A stretch of 64,000 nucleotides of DNA from an uncultured Chloroflexia bacterium. Its GTDB lineage: Bacteria; Chloroflexota; Limnocylindria; Limnocylindrales; CSP1-4. The translations under genes were made by a program, and so were the position numbers. How positions within the stretch are numbered: position 1 is the stretch's first letter; the number at the start of each line of letters is the position of its first letter. The notes under the pieces are model-generated. The model was not told the origin of the DNA. It worked only from the letters and a program-made list of their open reading frames with translations, and did not search any database. The stretch lies in NCBI GenBank assembly GCA_963768035.1, contig CAVYGJ010000002.1, positions 305,453 through 369,452 on the forward strand, written 5' to 3'. Below are positions 30,757 through 39,763 of this stretch, one piece after another.

Positions 30757-32963
30757 CGTGGTCGCTGCCGGGACTCGTGGAGCGGCATGCCGCCGAGGCG
30801 CCCGAGGCCATCGCCATCCGCGATGACACTCGCGTCATATCGTGGGCGGAGCTGTCGGCGCGGGCCGATGCGTGGGCGGCGACGGTGCGCGAGCGCGGCG
30901 TCGGTCCCGGCGAACGGGTTGCCCTCGCGATGCCGCCCTCGGGTGAGCTCGTGGCGGCGATCATCGGCGTGCTGCGCGCCGGCGCGGTGGCTGCGCTGAT
31001 CCCGTCTGGCCTGACGACCCGCGAGACGGACGCGGCACTCGAGGTGCTCGCGCCGGCGCTCGTGCTGCGTGACGGCGACGCGGCGGCAGCCACGGGGGCA
31101 GCACACACGCCGCTCGACCCCGATCCCGAGGCCCCGGTCGTCGTCGTCCTCACGTCGGGCACGACCGGGCGACCGAAGGGCGTGGTCCTGTCCGGTCGGG
31201 CGATGGCGGCGAGCGCGGATGCCTGGCTCGCGGTCCTCCCACCCGTCACGGGCTGGGCGATGCCGCTCGGGCTCGCGCATGTCGCGGGTCTCGGCATCCT
31301 GTGGCGCGCCGTCCGTGATCGGGTGCCCGTGACGCTGCTCCCGCCGACGGACCCGGACGCGCTCATCGCGGCGCTGGAGGCCGATGGCGGGCCGAGCCAC
31401 GTCTCGCTCGTGCCGGGACAGCTCGTCCGGCTGCTCGACGCCACGAACGACGCCGCGCCGCCGCCAACCGTGCGCGCCCTCCTGCTCGGCGGCGGCACGA
31501 TCCCGGCCGCGCTCGTCGAGCGCGCCACGCGCGCCGGCTGGCCGGTCGTCACGACGTACGGCCTCTCGGAGATGGGCTCCGGCGTCACGGCGGACGGGCG
31601 GCCGCTCCCCGGCATGTCGCTCACGATCGACGAGCCGGGCCGGGACGGGGTGGGGGAGATCGTCGTCGCGGGGCCGTCGCGGTTCTCGGGCTACCTGGGC
31701 GAAGCACCGGCCGCACCCGACGAGCCGTTCCGGACCGGCGACCTCGGCCGCCTCGACGATGACGGCCGGCTCGTGGTCGTGGACCGGCGCACGGACCGGA
31801 TCGTGCGTGGCGGCGAGAACATCGATCCCGGCGAGGTGGAGGCGGTGCTCGAGGCGCATCCGGCCATCGCGACAGCGGCCGTCGTCGGGCGCCCGGACGA
31901 GACCTGGGGCCAGGTCCCGGTCGCCGCCGTCGTGCTCGCGGACGGCGCGACGGACCCCGGCGACGACGCCCTCGCCACCCACGCCCGCGCGTCCCTCGCC
32001 GGGTTCAAGGTCCCGGCGACGTTCACTCGCCTCGACGCCCTCCCGCGGACGCCCGGCGGCAAGCTCCGCCGCGACGCCGTCCGCGCGCTCCTCGCCGGCG
32101 AACCCGCCGGCGAGCTCGCCCGGCCGGACGGCGACGCCATCGGCTGGCGCGTCACCGGGTCCGGCCCGACGCCCGTGATCCTCCTCCACGGGACCCTGAG
32201 CACCGCGCAGCAGCTCGATCGTCTGGCGGCCGCGATCGCCGCCCCGGGCGACGTCACCGTCCACGCGATCGACCGCCGCGGCTCGGGCTCCAGCCGCCTC
32301 GCCCGGCCCCGTCCCCTCGATGTCGCCATGCACGTCGACGACGTCCGCGCCTACCTCGACGCCCGCGGGATCGGCCACGCGCCGTTCGTCGGCATCAGCA
32401 TGGGCGGCGTGGTCGCGCTCGAGATGGCCGCCCGCCACCCGACGCGGGTCGACGCCGTGGTCGCCTACGAGCCGCCCTATGGCGTGGTCGCGGACGCGGA
32501 GCGCATCGCCTGGTTCCGCCGCGTCGCCGCCGACACCCAGCGTGCGCACGACGAGGGCGGCCCGCCGCTGGCGGCCGAGACGTTCCTCCGCCACGTCGCC
32601 GGCGCCGAGTCCTGGGACCGCCTGCCCGAGCGCGCCCGCACGTTCCTCGCCCGCGAGGGCGACGGCGCGCTCGCCGACGCGTGCATCACGGGCCTCGACC
32701 CCGACGGCCTCGCGCGGATCGTGGCGCCGGTGCTCCTCCTCACGGGCGGCGACAGCGAGCCGTTCTACGCCCCGATCGCCGCCGAGCTCGCCCGACGGAT
32801 CCCCGGCGCCCGCCTGCAGGCGCTCGAGGGCCTCCGCCACCCATCGCCGATCACCGACCCGCCGTCCGTCCTCGCGGCGATCCGCGACGGCCTCGGCCTC
32901 GATCCCGACCCCGGACCACCCCCGACCACGGCGCCCGCCGTCCCCCTGGAGCCCGCCCGATGA
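30753..32963 (+). CDS. menE: o-succinylbenzoate-CoA ligase MenE fused to a C-terminal alpha/beta-hydrolase domain (736 aa)
   Basis: ATGA overlap with menC. Adenylation motifs LTSGTTGRPKG, TTYGLSEMG, FRTGDLG, PGGKLRRDAV (up to about 32100). The frame then continues uninterrupted into ...PVILLHG...GISMGGVVALE...LLLTGGDSEPF...LRHPSP (about 32110-32960). Confidence 0.88.
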   Translation: MTWSLPGLVERHAAEAPEAIAIRDDTRVISWAELSARADAWAATVRERGVGPGERVALAMPPSGELVAAIIGVLRAGAVAALIPSGLTTRETDAALEVLAPALVLRDGDAAAATGAAHTPLDPDPEAPVVVVLTSGTTGRPKGVVLSGRAMAASADAWLAVLPPVTGWAMPLGLAHVAGLGILWRAVRDRVPVTLLPPTDPDALIAALEADGGPSHVSLVPGQLVRLLDATNDAAPPPTVRALLLGGGTIPAALVERATRAGWPVVTTYGLSEMGSGVTADGRPLPGMSLTIDEPGRDGVGEIVVAGPSRFSGYLGEAPAAPDEPFRTGDLGRLDDDGRLVVVDRRTDRIVRGGENIDPGEVEAVLEAHPAIATAAVVGRPDETWGQVPVAAVVLADGATDPGDDALATHARASLAGFKVPATFTRLDALPRTPGGKLRRDAVRALLAGEPAGELARPDGDAIGWRVTGSGPTPVILLHGTLSTAQQLDRLAAAIAAPGDVTVHAIDRRGSGSSRLARPRPLDVAMHVDDVRAYLDARGIGHAPFVGISMGGVVALEMAARHPTRVDAVVAYEPPYGVVADAERIAWFRRVAADTQRAHDEGGPPLAAETFLRHVAGAESWDRLPERARTFLAREGDGALADACITGLDPDGLARIVAPVLLLTGGDSEPFYAPIAAELARRIPGARLQALEGLRHPSPITDPPSVLAAIRDGLGLDPDPGPPPTTAPAVPLEPAR

Positions 32964-33712
32964 CCGACAGCCTCCCGCCCGACCACACGCCGTCCGGCGC
33001 CGGCACGGGGGCCGGCAACGCCGCCGCGCCGACCGAGGTCCGGGTCATGTTCGACCGGATCGCGAACCGCTACGACCTCATGAACCTGCTCATCTCCGCG
33101 TTCCAGGAGCCGCGCTGGCGCGGGAAGCTGGTCGCCGCGGCGAGCCTCCGCCCCGGCGACGCGGCCCTCGACGTCGCGAGCGGCACCGGCAAGGTGGCGG
33201 CCGACCTCCACGCACGGGTGGCGCCGTTCGGCCGGGTGCTGGGCGTGGACCTGAGCCCCGGGATGATCGCCGTCGCCCAGGACCGCTACGCCGGTCGCCA
33301 GGGCCTCGAGTACGTCGTCGGCGACGCGCTCGCCCTGCCCACCGAGGACGCCACCTTCGACGCCGCGACGATCGCCTTCGGCATGCGCAACCTCCCCGAC
33401 TACCGACAGGGGTTCGCGGAGATGGCCCGCTCCGTCCGGCCCGGGGGCCGGGTCCTGTGCCTCGAGATCGCCCGGCCGCGCAGCCGGCTGTCGCGGTTCA
33501 TGCGCTGGTGGTTCGACCGGATCGTGCCCGTCATCGGCCGCCTCGCGGGCCAGGGCTCCGCGTACGGCTATCTCGTGAAGTCCGTCCAGGCCTACCCGTC
33601 GCCCGAGCGGATCGCCGAGATCATGGGCGAGGCCGGCCTGGTGGACGTCCGCTGGCAGGGCCTCACCGGCGGGATCGTGACGCTCCACGAGGGCACCGTC
33701 CCGCCCGCCTGA
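32960..33712 (+). CDS. menG: demethylmenaquinone methyltransferase MenG/UbiE
   Basis: ATGA overlap with menE. VMFDRIANRYDLMNLLISAFQEPRWR, LDVASGTGKVA, FGMRNLPD. Confidence 0.92.
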   Translation: MTDSLPPDHTPSGAGTGAGNAAAPTEVRVMFDRIANRYDLMNLLISAFQEPRWRGKLVAAASLRPGDAALDVASGTGKVAADLHARVAPFGRVLGVDLSPGMIAVAQDRYAGRQGLEYVVGDALALPTEDATFDAATIAFGMRNLPDYRQGFAEMARSVRPGGRVLCLEIARPRSRLSRFMRWWFDRIVPVIGRLAGQGSAYGYLVKSVQAYPSPERIAEIMGEAGLVDVRWQGLTGGIVTLHEGTVPPA

Positions 33713-33770
33713 CGCACGCTGCGTCGAATGTCCGATGGCCCCCGACGGGGTCGCACCGTAGACTCCCGCG

Positions 33771-35049
33771 GTGCCGAATCCCCTCGGCCGGGCCGCGGAC
33801 GCCGTCGCGCCGCCGCGGCTCGGTCGCTCGTTCCGCCTGCTGCTCCTCACGTCGGTCGTCACCAACACCGGCGACGGCATCGCGCTGGCCGCCGGGCCGC
33901 TCCTCGTCGCGAGCCAGACCCGCGACCCGCTGATCGTCTCGATGGCGGTGCTCGCCCAGAACCTCCCGGTGCTGCTGTTCGGGTTCGCCGCCGGCGTCGT
34001 GGCGGACCGCGTCGACCGGGTCCGGCTCATGGCCGTGGTCAACGTCGTCCGGGGGATCGTCCTCGCGCTGCTCGCCGCGAGCGTCGCGACCCACGTCGTC
34101 AGCATCTGGGTCGTGCTGGCCGCGCTGTTCGCGCTCGGGACGGCGGAGACGTTCGCGGACATCGGCAGCGCGAGCATCCTGCCGCGGCTCGTCCGGCGCG
34201 AGGACCTGGGCATCGCGAACGCGCGCATCACGGGTTCGGTGCTCCTGACCAACCAGCTCGTGGCGCCGCCCATCGGCGCGTTCATGTTCGCCGCGGGGAT
34301 GGCCCTGCCGTTCATCGCTGACGCGGCGGGGTTCCTGCTCGGTGCCGTGCTGGTGTCGCGGGTCGTGTACTCGGTGGTCGTGGACGCGCCCGGCCGTCGT
34401 CGAGCGCCGCCACTGGCGCCACGAGATGGCCGAGGGCCTGCGCTGGCTCTGGGACCACCCGCCGATGCGGACGCTCGTGATCACGATCCTCGCGTTCAAC
34501 GTCACCTTCGGCGCGGCCTGGTCCGTGCTCGTCCTGTACGCGCAGGAGCGGCTGGGCATGACCGCGGTCGGCTTCGGCCTGATCACGACCGCGATGGCGA
34601 TCGGCGGGATCGCCGGCACGGTGTCGTACGGGCGGCTCGAGCGGCGGTTCTCGCTCGCCGACATCATGCGGGTGGGCCTGGTCATCGAGACGTGCACCCA
34701 CCTCGTGCTCGCGCTCACGACGCTGCCGGCCGTCGCCCTCGTCACGTTCACGGTGTTCGGCGCGCACGCGTTCGTGTGGGGGACGACCGCCACCGCGATC
34801 CGGCAGCGGGCCGTCCCGGATGCCCTCCTCGGGCGGGTCACGAGCGTGTACCACGTGGCCGTCATGGCCGGCATCGTGGTGGGCACGCCGATCGGGGGGT
34901 TGCTCGCCCGGCAGTTCGGGATCACCGCGCCGTTCTGGTTCGGCTTCGCGGGCTCGGCGATCCTCGTCGTCCTCCTGTGGAAGGAGTTCGCGCACATCGT
35001 CCACGCGAGCGAGCACCCCGACGAGTCACCGGCGCCCGCCAATTCCTGA
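33771..35049 (+). CDS. MFS transporter (EntS/MFS_3-like); one frame break near 34391
   Basis: GTG 33771 lies 6 nt after TAGACT. ...LLLLTSVVTNTGDGIALAAGPLLV...VADRVDRVRLM... The second half (...EMAEGLRWLWDHPPMRTLVITILAFN...) is in the +1 frame. Confidence 0.75.
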
Positions 35050-35088
35050 CAGGAGATGGCTGGAGTCGGGCGGTACCATGTGCCGCCC

Positions 35089-36030
35089 ATGTCGGAACAA
35101 CCCGCTCCCACGCCGCTCATCCACGCCCGAGGCCTGACGAAGCGATTCGGCGAGCTCACGGCCGTCGACGGGATCGACTTCGACGTCGCGCCCGGCGAGA
35201 GCTTCGGCTTCCTCGGCCCGAACGGCGCCGGCAAGACCTCGGCGATGCGGATGGTCGCGTGCGTCTCGCCGGTCACCGCGGGCACGCTCCGGATCCTCGA
35301 CCTCGACCCGGTCACCGACGGGCCGCGGATCCGCGGGCGCCTCGGCGTCGTGCCCCAGCAGGACACCCTGGACACGGAGCTGTCGGTCAAGGACAACCTC
35401 GTGATCTACGGCCGCTACTTCGGCCTGTCGCGCAAGGAGGCCGCGCGGCGCGGCGACGAGCTGCTCGAGTTCGCCCAGCTCACCGAGCGTGCCAACGACA
35501 AGGTCGAGCCGCTCTCGGGCGGCATGAAGCGCCGGCTGACGATCGCCCGGGCGCTCATCAACGAGCCCTCGATCCTGCTGCTCGACGAGCCGACGACGGG
35601 CCTCGACCCGCAGGCGCGCCACCTGCTCTGGGAGCGGCTGTACCGGCTCAAGCAGCGCGGCGTGACGCTCGTGCTGACGACGCACTACATGGACGAGGCC
35701 GAGCAGCTGTGCGACCGGCTCGTCGTCATGGACAAGGCCCGGATCGTCGCGGAGGGCTCGCCGCGCCAGCTCATCGAGGAGTACTCGACCCGCGAGGTGA
35801 CCGAGCTCCGGTTCCCGGTCGGCGTCCAGGAGACGCTCGACGGGCAGCTCGAGGGCCTCGGCGAGCGCATCGAGCTGCTGCCCGACCGCGTGCTCGTCTA
35901 CTCGGACGACGGCGAGGCCGCGGCCGCCGCGGCCCACCAGCGCGGCCTGGCGCCCGAGACCGTCCTCGTCCGCCGATCGTCGCTGGAGGACGTCTTCCTC
36001 CGGCTCACCGGACGGAGCCTCGTCGAGTGA
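35089..36030 (+). CDS. ABC transporter ATP-binding protein, NodI/DrrA-like
   Basis: Walker A GPNGAGKTS, signature LSGGMKRRL, Walker B LLLDEPTTGLD, and the NodI-like strings VIYGRYFG and LEFAQL. Confidence 0.9.
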   Translation: MSEQPAPTPLIHARGLTKRFGELTAVDGIDFDVAPGESFGFLGPNGAGKTSAMRMVACVSPVTAGTLRILDLDPVTDGPRIRGRLGVVPQQDTLDTELSVKDNLVIYGRYFGLSRKEAARRGDELLEFAQLTERANDKVEPLSGGMKRRLTIARALINEPSILLLDEPTTGLDPQARHLLWERLYRLKQRGVTLVLTTHYMDEAEQLCDRLVVMDKARIVAEGSPRQLIEEYSTREVTELRFPVGVQETLDGQLEGLGERIELLPDRVLVYSDDGEAAAAAAHQRGLAPETVLVRRSSLEDVFLRLTGRSLVE

Positions 36031-36854
36031 CCGCGGCCGCGGGCCCGCTGCGCGGCAAGGCGATCCCGCTCCAGGGCTCGCTCCGGAGCGCGTACGCCGC
36101 GTACGAGCACCAGTGGCTGCTCTACCTGCGGACCTGGCGCGGGTCGATCTTCGGGTCGTTCGCCCAGCCCGTCCTGTTCCTCGTCGCGATGGGGATCGGG
36201 CTCGGCGGGTTCGTGGACGCGTCGGGCAGCGGCGCCATCGACGTCCCGTACATCCAGTTCCTCGCCCCGGCGCTGCTCGTGTCGACGGTCATGCAGGGGT
36301 CCACGTTCGAGGCCACGTTCCCGGTCCTCGGCGGGTTCCGCTGGAACCGCCGCTACCACGCGATGTACGCGACGCCGCTGTCGCCGTACGCGATCGCGTT
36401 CGGGCAGATCGCCTGGATCGCGACCCGGGCGACGATCGTCGCGACGATCTTCTGCGGCGTGATCATCGCCTTCGGGGCCGCCGGATCGCCCGGCATCATC
36501 TGGACGATCCCGGTCGGGACGCTCACCGCGCTCGCGTTCGCCGGGCCGATCGCCGCCTACATGACGACCCAGCGCGACACGACCGCGTTCAACGCGATCT
36601 GGCGGTTCGGGATCACGCCGCTGTTCCTGTTCTCGGGGACGTTCTTCCCGATCGAGTCCCTGCCCGAGCAGGTCCGCTGGATCGCCTGGCTGCTGCCGCT
36701 GTGGCACGGCGTCGACCTCGCCCGCGCCCTGTCGCTCGGGACCGTCGGCGACGCGCCGCTGGTGCAGATCGCCCACGTCCTGATCCTGGCCGGCTGCGCG
36801 ATCGCCGGCGTCATCGCGATGTTCCTCATGTACCGAAGGCAGCTCGAGCAATGA
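36027..36854 (+). CDS. ABC-2 type permease (subunit 1)
   Basis: GTGA overlap with the ATPase gene. Six-TM ABC-2 topology; ...GITPLFLFSGTFFPIESLPEQVRWIAWLLPLWHGVDLAR. Confidence 0.8.
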   Translation: MTAAAGPLRGKAIPLQGSLRSAYAAYEHQWLLYLRTWRGSIFGSFAQPVLFLVAMGIGLGGFVDASGSGAIDVPYIQFLAPALLVSTVMQGSTFEATFPVLGGFRWNRRYHAMYATPLSPYAIAFGQIAWIATRATIVATIFCGVIIAFGAAGSPGIIWTIPVGTLTALAFAGPIAAYMTTQRDTTAFNAIWRFGITPLFLFSGTFFPIESLPEQVRWIAWLLPLWHGVDLARALSLGTVGDAPLVQIAHVLILAGCAIAGVIAMFLMYRRQLEQ

Positions 36855-37660
36855 GCGGCTTCGTCGCCCCGCTGCGCATCGCGCCGTTCCGCCTCGGCAG
36901 CCGTCGCGCGGCGCTGCTCATCGAGCGCAACGTCTACGTCTACAAGACCGGCTGGCTGGTCATCTTCAGCGGCTTCTTCGAGCCGCTGTTCTACCTGCTC
37001 TCGATCGGCCTGGGCATCGGCGGGATCGTCGGCGACATCCCGGGGCCGGACGGGACGCCGATCCCGTACGCGCTGTTCGTCGCCCCGGCGCTGCTCGCCT
37101 CCGCCTCGATGAACGGCGCGATCGCCGAGAGCACGTTCAACGTGTTCTTCAAGCTCAACTACCAGAAGACGTACGACGCGGTGCTCGCGACCCCGCTCGG
37201 CCCGGGCGACGTGGCGCTGGGGGAGATCGGCTGGGCAGTGATCCGGTCGACGCTCTACGCGCTGGGGTTCATGGTCGTGATCTTCGTGCTCGGGCTCGTG
37301 GTGTCGCCGTGGGCGATCTTCGCGGTGCCGGCGGCGACCCTGCTCGCGTTCGCCTTCGCGGCGGCGGGCATGGCCGCGACGACGTTCATGCGGTCGTGGC
37401 AGGACTTCGACCTGATCCAGCTCGTGGTGCTGCCGCTGTTCCTGTTCAGCGGCACGTTCTACCCGATCACGGCCTACCCGCCGGCACTCCAGCTGTTCGT
37501 CCAGCTGACGCCGCTCTACCAGGGCGTCGACCTGATCCGTGCGCTGATCACCGGCGTCGTGGACCCCGGGATCCTGTGGCACGTGGTCTACCTGAGCGTC
37601 ATGGGCGTCATCGGGCTGGCCATCGTGGCGCGCCGGCTGGACAAGCTGCTGCTCAAGTGA
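36851..37660 (+). CDS. ABC-2 type permease (subunit 2, paralog)
   Basis: ATGA overlap. ...VVLPLFLFSGTFYPITAYPPALQLFVQLTPLYQGVDLIR parallels subunit 1. Confidence 0.8.
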   Translation: MSGFVAPLRIAPFRLGSRRAALLIERNVYVYKTGWLVIFSGFFEPLFYLLSIGLGIGGIVGDIPGPDGTPIPYALFVAPALLASASMNGAIAESTFNVFFKLNYQKTYDAVLATPLGPGDVALGEIGWAVIRSTLYALGFMVVIFVLGLVVSPWAIFAVPAATLLAFAFAAAGMAATTFMRSWQDFDLIQLVVLPLFLFSGTFYPITAYPPALQLFVQLTPLYQGVDLIRALITGVVDPGILWHVVYLSVMGVIGLAIVARRLDKLLLK

Positions 37661-38985
37661 CCGAGCCCGAGACCGACGCCGCCGCACCAGAGGCAGTCCC
37701 GCGGCCGCGGTGGAAGCGCGACGTCGCCGCCTTCCTCGGCGGGCAGACGATCAGCCTGTTCGGCTCGATGCTCGTCCAGTACGCCGTGTTCTGGTACCTG
37801 GCGATCCAGTTCCAGTCGGGCGTCATGATGATGCTCGCGGCGCTGTTCGGGTTCCTCCCGCAGGCGGTCATCTCGCTGTTCGGGGGCGTGTGGGCCGACC
37901 GCCACAACCGCAAGTTCCTGATCATGGGCGCCGATGCCGCGATCGCGTTGTCGACGCTCTGCCTCGCGGTGATCATGCTCGCGGGCTTCAGCGAGCCCTG
38001 GCTCATCTTCGTGGTGCTCGCGATCCGGTCCGCCGGCGCCGGGATCCAGATGCCGGCGGTGTCCGCGCTCATCCCGCAGATCACCCCCACCGACCAGCTG
38101 ATCCGCGTCAACGGCTTCCTCGCGTCGATCCAGTCCGCGATGGCGCTGCTGGCCCCGGCCGCGGCGGGCGTGATCTATGCGGCAAGCGCGGCGAGCGCCG
38201 AGGACTCGCCCCTGGCGATCGTCCCGATCCTGTTCGTCGACGTCGTGACCGCGGCGATCGCGATCGCGCTGCTGGCGACGATCCCCGTGTCCGCCGTCGT
38301 GCGAACGGGCGCGGACGCGGCGACCGGCTACTTCGCGGACCTCGTGGACGGGGTGCGCTACGTCGCCGACCACGAGGTCGTCCGGTGGCTGCTCCTCCTG
38401 TTCGGGATCATCTTCGTGCTGACGGTCGCGCCGGGGAACCTCATTCCGCTGCTGCTCGTGCGGTCGTTCCCCTCGGGCGAGCAGGGCAACGTGGTGAACC
38501 TCGCGCTGTTCGAGATGGCGTTCAGCCTGGGCATGGTCGCGGGCGGGGTGCTGGTTGCCACGCTGGCGTCGAAGTGGGACCGCATCAAGCTCATCGCCGC
38601 GTCGTCGCTGACCTTCGGCCTGCTGTCGATCGCGCTCGGTCTCGCGCCCGGCCTGCTCGTCGTGTTCGCGGTCATGCTGCTGGTGGGGATCGTCGTGCCG
38701 TTCTTCTCGACGCCGTCGATGACGCTCCTCCAGGAGACCGTCGAGCCGGAGCGGCAGGGCCGCGTGTTCGGCTTCGTCGGGATCGTGATGGCCGTCGCGA
38801 TGCCGGCCGGGATGCTCGTGTTCGGGCCGCTCGCCGACGTGGTCCCGGTCGAGACGATCCTCGTCGTCACCGGGCTGGCGACCTTCGCGGTGGTCGGGCT
38901 CGCCCTGTTCCTCCCGGCGGGCCGGCGCGCCGTGGCCGCGGCGCATGCGATGTCGCGCCCGGGAGCGGTGGCCGAGCCCGAGTAG
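37657..38985 (+). CDS. MFS transporter (EntS/MFS_3-like, second copy)
   Basis: GTGA overlap with permease 2. ...FLGGQTISLFGSMLVQYAVFWYL...GVWADRHNRKFLIM...; about 12 TM segments. Confidence 0.8.
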   Translation: MTEPETDAAAPEAVPRPRWKRDVAAFLGGQTISLFGSMLVQYAVFWYLAIQFQSGVMMMLAALFGFLPQAVISLFGGVWADRHNRKFLIMGADAAIALSTLCLAVIMLAGFSEPWLIFVVLAIRSAGAGIQMPAVSALIPQITPTDQLIRVNGFLASIQSAMALLAPAAAGVIYAASAASAEDSPLAIVPILFVDVVTAAIAIALLATIPVSAVVRTGADAATGYFADLVDGVRYVADHEVVRWLLLLFGIIFVLTVAPGNLIPLLLVRSFPSGEQGNVVNLALFEMAFSLGMVAGGVLVATLASKWDRIKLIAASSLTFGLLSIALGLAPGLLVVFAVMLLVGIVVPFFSTPSMTLLQETVEPERQGRVFGFVGIVMAVAMPAGMLVFGPLADVVPVETILVVTGLATFAVVGLALFLPAGRRAVAAAHAMSRPGAVAEPE

Positions 38986-38998
38986 CGCTCCGACGGCG

Positions 38999-39724
38999 AT
39001 GCCCATCACCGATCCCGCGGCCGCCGCGCGCGAGGCGCACGACCTCCCGATGCTCGACGCCGCGATCGTCGACTGCTTCGCCTGCCCGCGGCTCGTCGCG
39101 TGGCGCGAGGAGCAGGCGCGGGTCAAGGTCGCGCGGTTCCGGGACGAGACGTACTGGGGTCGCCCGATCCCCGGCTATGGCCCCGCCGACGCGCGGATCC
39201 TGCTCGTCGGGCTCGCGCCGGCGGCGCACGGCGGCAACCGCACCGGCCGCGTGTTCACGGGCGACGAGTCGGGCGAGTTCCTGTGGCGGGCACTCCACGC
39301 GCAGGGCCTCAGCGACCGCCCGGTCAGCCGCCGCGCCGACGACGGCCTCCGGCTCATCGACACCCGGGTCGCGGCCGCGGTCCGGTGCGCCCCACCCGCC
39401 AACAAGCCGACGCCCGAGGAACAGCTGACCTGTCGCCCGTACCTCGTCCGCGAGATCGAGCTGCTCACCGAGCTCCGGGTCGTCGTCGCCCTCGGCGCGA
39501 TCGGCTGGGACGCGGCGCTGAAGGCCCTCGCCGCTCTCGGCCACGGCACCCCGGCCCCGAAGCCCAGGTTCGGCCACGCGGCCGAGGCGCGGATCGGCCC
39601 GCTCACCCTCCTCGGCAGCTATCACCCGAGCCAGCAGAACACCTTCACCGGCCGCCTCACCCAGCCGATGCTCCAGGACGTGCTCGCGCACGCCCGCGAG
39701 CTGGCAGGGCTTCCGGCGGCCTAG
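38999..39724 (+). CDS. uracil-DNA glycosylase, family 5 (UdgB-like, Fe-S)
   Basis: CFACPRLVAWRE Cys motif; motif A LLVGLAPAAHGGNRTGRVFTGD (Ala in the catalytic position, typical of family 5); motif B GSYHPSQQNTFTG. Confidence 0.8.
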   Translation: MPITDPAAAAREAHDLPMLDAAIVDCFACPRLVAWREEQARVKVARFRDETYWGRPIPGYGPADARILLVGLAPAAHGGNRTGRVFTGDESGEFLWRALHAQGLSDRPVSRRADDGLRLIDTRVAAAVRCAPPANKPTPEEQLTCRPYLVREIELLTELRVVVALGAIGWDAALKALAALGHGTPAPKPRFGHAAEARIGPLTLLGSYHPSQQNTFTGRLTQPMLQDVLAHARELAGLPAA

Positions 39725-39763
39725 ACCGGCTCGAGCCCGGACCTCCCGTACACTCGTCGTCCC

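Noticed and set aside
17664-39763. The 22-kb block between dnaK and dnaJ as a mobile genomic island.
   Set aside because: It has no integrase, transposase, flanking tRNA or direct repeats, and no visible drop in GC content. The content is core metabolism and transport. It is recorded only as a synteny break.
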